From assembly GCF_009914755.1 (NCBI RefSeq), contig NC_060931.1: a stretch of 64,000 nt of DNA, one strand, 5' to 3'. Position numbers and translations under genes: made by a program. Shown here piece by piece: positions 53,310-64,000 of this stretch; positions within the stretch are counted from its first letter, which is position 1, and each line of letters begins with the position of its first letter. The stretch comes from the human T2T-CHM13v2.0 reference genome, Homo sapiens. Below the pieces are notes generated by a model. That model saw nothing but the letters and a program-made list of their open reading frames with translations. It was not told the origin of the DNA and made no database searches.

Positions 53310-54040
53310 TCGACACAGCCTCCTAACTCCGAGCGGACGGAGCCACTGAAGGTTACCAGGTGCCAAAGAAGCTGCGCAGGGAGGCCGCGACCCGGCGCCG
53401 GCGCGAACCTCCGCGATGTGACCCGTGAGGGAACTCTCCAAGAAGCAGCGCACCCCGCGCGCAAAGGCGGCCCCCCGAATTGCAGGAACAAACGCTTCTT
53501 GCTGGGGGGAAGACGGAGACTCTTATACCGCGGGAGACTAACCTGTGAGCAACAGAAGCACCACGCTACAAAGAGCATGACGAGTTCTTCCAGGCTTGGG
53601 AAAGCACGGGTAAATGCCCGCGGTCCTGCGCGCCAGCGGGGAGCAGTAGAGACTTCCGGCGTCGGCTGCTCGCAGGGCTAGAGCGTCGAACCGGGACAAC
53701 CGGAGGCTTCAGCTCACCTCGGATTGTAAATGCTAACACGGGTCCTCCGGCCGGCTGATCCAGAACTTAGGTCGCCGGGACGTGTGGCTTCTGCTTCTCA
53801 GACGCTCGGACTCGCGCCGGGAAGGGTTTCGCCTCCCCTGGTCCCCGCTTTTTTTTTTTTTTTTCTGCGTCCGGTTATTGCAAATGCATTCAGTCCAGTA
53901 GCACTAGCCCAGGAAATATAAGCCACCGGCTCACGTTGCTCCTCACAGGTATGCGGCGCTTCCGCTGGCCTCCAAGGACACGAAGCCCCGGGCCGTCTGG
54001 CCCCCCACTCTAGCACTGAAATTCCTGCCGCCCCGTTCAG
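53310..54040. promoter_or_regulatory. CpG-island promoter, probably bidirectional
   Basis: Only non-repeat CpG/GC-rich stretch in the window. Contains an ETS/GABP motif (CCGGAAGT on the - strand, 53652-53659), an internal T16 tract (53849-53864) and splice donors on both strands. Confidence 0.9.
53543..53640 (-). other. COA1: Non-coding first exon, probably COA1 (C7orf44; cytochrome c oxidase assembly factor 1). 5' boundary approximate.
   Basis: The minus strand reads ...GGAAGAACTCGTCATGCTCTTTGTAGCGTGGTGCTTCTGTTGCTCACAG|GTTAGT inside the CpG island, matching the COA1 mRNA 5' UTR as I recall it. The donor is seen directly; gene identity is from memory and not searched. Confidence 0.7.
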
Positions 54041-54099
54041 CTGACAAATTTGGCAGCACTAAATTTTATTTTATTCGACAAATTAAGTACCCAGTTAAC

Positions 54100-54250
54100 A
54101 CCAGGGAGTAACGGGGTAAGAAAATTTCAGAAGGCTGGTGGATAATAATAGCATTTACCTCATAAATTTGTTATGAGGATGTGAAGCACTTAGAGTAGTG
54201 TCTGGCAGTTTGTAGGCGCTCAGTAACTGTTAGCTGTTATTATTTTTATA
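54100..54250 (+). mobile_element. MIR fragment
   Basis: GGATAATAATAGCATTTACCTCATA..AAGCACTTAGA..GCGCTCAGTAA. Confidence 0.7.
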
Positions 54251-55459
54251 TTGATTATTCCATAGTCACCACTATTATCACCTTAATGTCAAGCTTGAAA
54301 TCCAGTATCTTTCCTCTGCGAAGCCATCACTCCAAGACTAATTAACTTTAGACTGGGGCATTCTTCTTTAAACTCTTGCTCACACATCCCTATCAGAAAA
54401 AATATATATATATTTACATGTGTCATGTATGGCATTAATATATTATGCATGCTATAAAACTCACAAGACATCAAACTTTTGATGAGGTAAAAACAATTTT
54501 TAAACTTTTTTAAAAACTTCTAACAGAAGTTCTTTTCTTCCTCCACAACAATTAGGTTGCCAAACATACATTCTATCACTCTGGAATCCACTAGCTAAAT
54601 GAGCACATTATCAAAGCAACCTACCGCTGAATTCTGACTTCCCAGAATGTTTCTTTTCCAAAGAATTAATAGAAACTAATCAGATTGTGAAGTGCTCGGC
54701 CATAAGGACTATTTAAATGGTTCTTAGAGAAAAAGAAGAAATAAAATAGGCATCCACTGAGTAATATTCATTGATGCAACATTGATTATTGACTTATTAC
54801 ATTTTCAAAGAGATTGAGGTTATAATACCTTACACCAAGCTTAATATTTCAAAGAATAAATCAACTAATAAAAAGCTTATGAGGTTTGGTATATGTGCAT
54901 TTCATACAACGTTCATGAAAATGAACCCGAGATCAATTAGCTCCCGTTCTGTACCAGAAAGAGAAATATGTTTACTTTGTAAGTAATAAAACATTAAATA
55001 GGCTTTTCTGACCATTTGCTTGAAAACTCAGAACTTAACATTTCTATCACTGGACTTAAATCTGCTAAAGTTTTCGTCTAAATTTTACATTAAAAACAAA
55101 ACTCTATAGTGAATAATGTTACCTATCCAATATTCATTTTCCTCTAACTCCTTTGTACCAAAATCCTTATTTTATTCAGATAGCTGCCCTGTTCCCAGAA
55201 TCAAAATGATACTGATTAAACCAGTCATCACACAGAATTTTTTTGTCGTCTAAATTTTACATTAAAAACAAAACTCTATAGTGAATAATGTTACCTATCC
55301 AATATTCATTTTCCTCTAACTCCTTTGTACCAAAATCCTTATTTTATTCAGATAGCTGCCCTGTTCCCAGAATCAAAATGATACTGATTAAACCAGTCAT
55401 CACACAGAATTTTTTTGTCGTCTAAATTTTACATTAAAAACAAAACTCTATAGTGAATA

Positions 55460-56330
<871 letters not shown>

Positions 56331-57339
56331 CTACCTCTCTTTTTCTATATATTTAAAGAAAGGGTCTGTTTTGATACTTTTAAACTAAGGAGCCAGGGAA
56401 GGGGTAGGAGGTGAAGAGAGGAGGGGCTGACTATAATGCTGTATGAGGGCTACTGTTAAGTGGTTAAATGGCTGCTTTGAGATTCACTCAAGAGCAGCAG
56501 GATCCTATAACTATCAAATCTGAATGAGGTTACTACACATCGTAGTTGTATGTATACATGAAAGTATCATTTCCTGCATATTAATATTGTGATCCACTGC
56601 CTTACTAAGTTGCTTTATTGTTTGGAGTTCATTCTGGTAGAATTTCTAAGATTGCAATCTTATCATTGAAATAGTTTTACCTACTTCTTTCCAAGTTTTA
56701 TACCTCTACTTTCTCATATCTAATTGTTTTGGCTAGTATCTCCAGTAAAATATTTAATAATAATAATGACAGTAGACTTTTATGTCTTATTCCTATCTTT
56801 AATGAGATATCTTTAGAATTTTCCCATTAAGCATGATGCTGGTTTTAAGGACTGAAGTAGACATCTTTTATCATGTTAAGGAACTATCCACCTATTGAGA
56901 GAAAGAAGAAAATTTTGGCATAAGAGCTTTGAGAAAACAAAGCATTGAGCGTGCCATAATGTCCTGTCATAAAAATAAGTAAAAGTTAGACAGTATTTAC
57001 CTCAAAGACACTGAGAAAATTAACATTAGCTAGGTTGGTATGAATGTCCTTTCTTGCTTATCTTACTACCAGCATGAAATTCAGTCCTGCCTAGTTTGTT
57101 TACAAGAAATTCACCTGTGATATCCTGATTTTTAACCCTGAAAAAGTTATTTATCTCTTACAATATGTCCTGTTTAATGTAAAGTTAATGCTTGCTCTAC
57201 ATGTTTTTTGTTTTTTGCTTTTGTGTTTGCTTTTACATGTACTCCAAGCACATGCTCTACATGTTTGTTATAGGAAATAATGTGCACCTCCTATAATTTT
57301 GTTATAGGAAATTGTAGCTGTTCAAATATGCTGATTGCA

Positions 57340-60800
<3,461 letters not shown>

Positions 60801-61274
60801 AAGTTCTGAAGATGGTATGACCTTCACAGATGTCCTGAAATGAAGCAAAAGGTTAAACTTTAACACCCCCACATTGTATATCAGCCACTCCAGGAGGGAA
60901 CCACGACCAAGAATGAAACAGTTCTTTTTCACCGAGGCAGTTCCTGAAGGAAGCGCCTAAGCCAGTGGGGTAATGAGCATTTCATTCCTAGGCTGTGCAC
61001 CGCAGCAACCACCATCCACCTATGAGAGGAAGGGAGGGAAATATTTGGAGAGAGTCTGATTAGATCTAAGATGTATCAGTAGCTCAACAAAAGAACAAGA
61101 AAAAAATTAATTAGGGAAAGCATCCTGGAAGATGTCCTAAAAAAATAGGATTTAGGCAATGGAAAAGAAGAGCATTTCCAGCCAAGGAAATATTGAGACA
61201 AAGCACAGAGTTACAAAAAGGAGGAGCTAATTTCTAAAATTATTGAAACTTTATGTGGATTTCCAAGAATCTTG

Positions 61275-62660
61275 TTTTTTTAAAAAAATTTATTTTGAAA
61301 TAATTATAGATTCACAGGAAATTTAGGAGAAAAAATGTAAAGAGCAGTCCTGTGTACCCTTCACCCAGTATTCTGCAGTGGTAACATAGCTATACAACAG
61401 TGTTGAAACCAGTGATGGCAGTGACTGCTGCCATCATGGCGACTGCAGCCGGGAGGTATGGCTGGGACTGCACATGCCATGGAGCCAGTGGGACCCCTGC
61501 CCCTTCTGAGTTGGGACAGCTCTGAAACCTCAGCTGCAGACCCAGGTCTCCTCCTCTATGGAGCAGGCAGGAAACCTGCCCTCCTGGGCAGAGCTACAGC
61601 CACCCAAACTGCAGCTGTGGATCCGAGCTTCCCTGTGCTCTTGGGGGAGCCAGGAACAGGAAGGATCTGCCCTCCCAGGTGCAGCTGCAGCTGCCCATGC
61701 CCACGGCTGCAGACGTGGGCCTCCTGGCTCCAGGAAGCAGGCAGGAGCTGAGGATATGCAGGAGCCCTGCTCCGTCCAAGATGGCAGGGTGGGAACTCCC
61801 AGGTGCAGCTGTGGCTGCCCCCTTTCCTCCCCCAACCCCCAACATTCCTGCAGCCTTGGGGGTGTCTTATCCTGCTGCCTGGCCTCTCTCCACTCCTAGC
61901 ACCTGCTCTGATCTCTGACTAGGGATTGAGGCCGAGCCCTAGGGCCATGAATGGCAGCAGGAGGCAGATTGATTCTTGGGCAGAAAAGGACAGGTCCCCA
62001 GTAAGGCCCCACCTTCAGGCCAGGGAGGGCCTAAAGACTGGGGGCCAGGCTGCCAGTCCCACCACTGGAGTGGGGACTCATGGTGCCTCTTCCGGGTGCC
62101 CATGGCTGCCCATGGACCAATCAGCCGGCCCTTCCTCCCCTCTGAGGTCCATAAAGCCCTGGGCTCAGCCAGAGCAGGGTAGAGGATGGCCAGAGGAGGA
62201 AGAGGACAGAGAGAGGGTGGGAGGACCAGCTGCAGAGAGGAGTACCCTCTCCACTGAGAGCTGCAGAGATGATCTGCTGGCAGAGAGGAGCCACCCTCTC
62301 TGGAAGAGCTTCAGAGACCTGCAGAGACATTCAAATGACTTGCCTACGGAGGGAAGCCACCATCTCCAGGGCCTTCTCTCTGCTGAGAGCCGAACACTCA
62401 ATGAGAAGACCTGCCTACAGAGAGGAGCTACCCACTCCTCTGAACTATTCTAACACTAAATAAAACTCTTCTTCTTCACCCTTCACTTGCCTGCATACCT
62501 CATTCTTCCTGGACACAGGACAAGAACTCAGGCAAAGGCGCCTCGGCCACAGAGGTTTCTGACCAGAAAAGTTGACACCCCAGAGATCCTGTAACACCAG
62601 GAAGTTGACATTGGTACAATCCACAGAATTTATTCAGATTTCACCAGTTTTATATGCACA

Positions 62661-62699
<39 letters not shown>

Positions 62700-62880
62700 T
62701 TCTATGCAATTTTATCACATTTCTATTCATCTAACCATCACCCCAGTTAAGATTCCAAACAATTTCATCACAAGGATCCCTGCTACTTCCCTTTCATAGC
62801 CACAGTCAATTCCTGTCTTTCCTGCCAGACCCTCTCTGTAAGCCTTAGCAACCACTAATCTGTTCATCTCTGTAACTTTA
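61275..62880 (-). mobile_element. L1MC-like 3' end split by MER52
   Basis: TTTTATTTTGAAATAATTATAGATTCACAGGAA...AACCAG|GAAGTTGACATTGGTACAATCCACAGA; includes (TG)n at 62663-62697. Confidence 0.8.
61413..62596 (+). mobile_element. MER52-type (ERV1) solo LTR
   Basis: TGATGG...GATCCTGTAACA termini, GC-rich internal repeats, AATAAA at about 62459, perfect 4-bp TSD CCAG. Confidence 0.87.
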
Positions 62881-63143
62881 TGGCAAGTATGCCGTCTTTT
62901 CAGTTACGATATAGCTTTCATTACAGCCAATGTTACTTTGTGAGAAACTTAGTAGCATCTTCATCTTGGATTTTTAAAGCTTCTAATAAATTCCTTCATT
63001 TAGTAGTCAGATTATCCAAGACACTTTTACCAAGGTTATTGCAAACCTACTGTCACTAAATTTCTGTTCTCCAGTTCTTCCTCTTACTCTGAAAGATGAT
63101 TTTCTCCAATGCTTTACAAAACAACTATGATGAGCAGATGTGA

Positions 63144-63826
<683 letters not shown>

Positions 63827-64000
63827 CCATTCTACTGGAAGCAAAGTGGTATTTCATTGTGTTTTATATTTGCATTTCCTTGATGAGTACTGGTGTTGAG
63901 CATCTTTTCAAGTGCTTATATATATATCTCCTTTGGAGAAATGCCTGTGTAGATCCTTTACCCCTTTTTAAATTGGTCTCTTGGTCTTTTTTTAAAAATG

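Noticed and set aside
53541-53950. Inverted CTCACAGGT at the two divergent donors
   Set aside because: Only 9 bp and largely explained by splice-site consensus.
53276-54016. ORFs across the CpG island
   Set aside because: Expected in GC-rich DNA; the 100-aa ORF runs through the splice donor into the intron.
61458-62463. Multiple overlapping ORFs of up to 175 aa
   Set aside because: All lie inside the GC-rich MER52 LTR.

Overview
Human (or very closely related hominid) genomic DNA, dominated by interspersed repeats: about 40 Alu copies or fragments, old L1s, L2, MIR, THE1/MST/MLT/LTR13/MER52 LTRs and MER/Tigger DNA transposons. It contains no supportable protein-coding exon. One CpG-island promoter lies at about 53.3-54.0 kb, with a minus-strand first exon ending in a CAG|GTTAGT donor at 53543. 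I recognise this sequence from memory as the non-coding exon 1 of COA1 (C7orf44, chr7p13), which would make 1-53542 its very large intron 1; I could not verify this by search. Most ORFs in the supplied track trace to repeats or low-complexity sequence, and none is a credible protein. I see no new multi-gene system. The most notable observations are: a near-perfect 3 x 172-bp tandem triplication about 1.5 kb upstream of the promoter that multiplies a STAT (GAS) motif; three independent locally templated insertions of different ages; a very young AluYd8-type insertion; a uORF in exon 1; two candidate cassette exons; and a long purine/GGAA microsatellite. Repeat subfamily names come from recalled consensus sequences, and boundaries are approximate unless a TSD is given.
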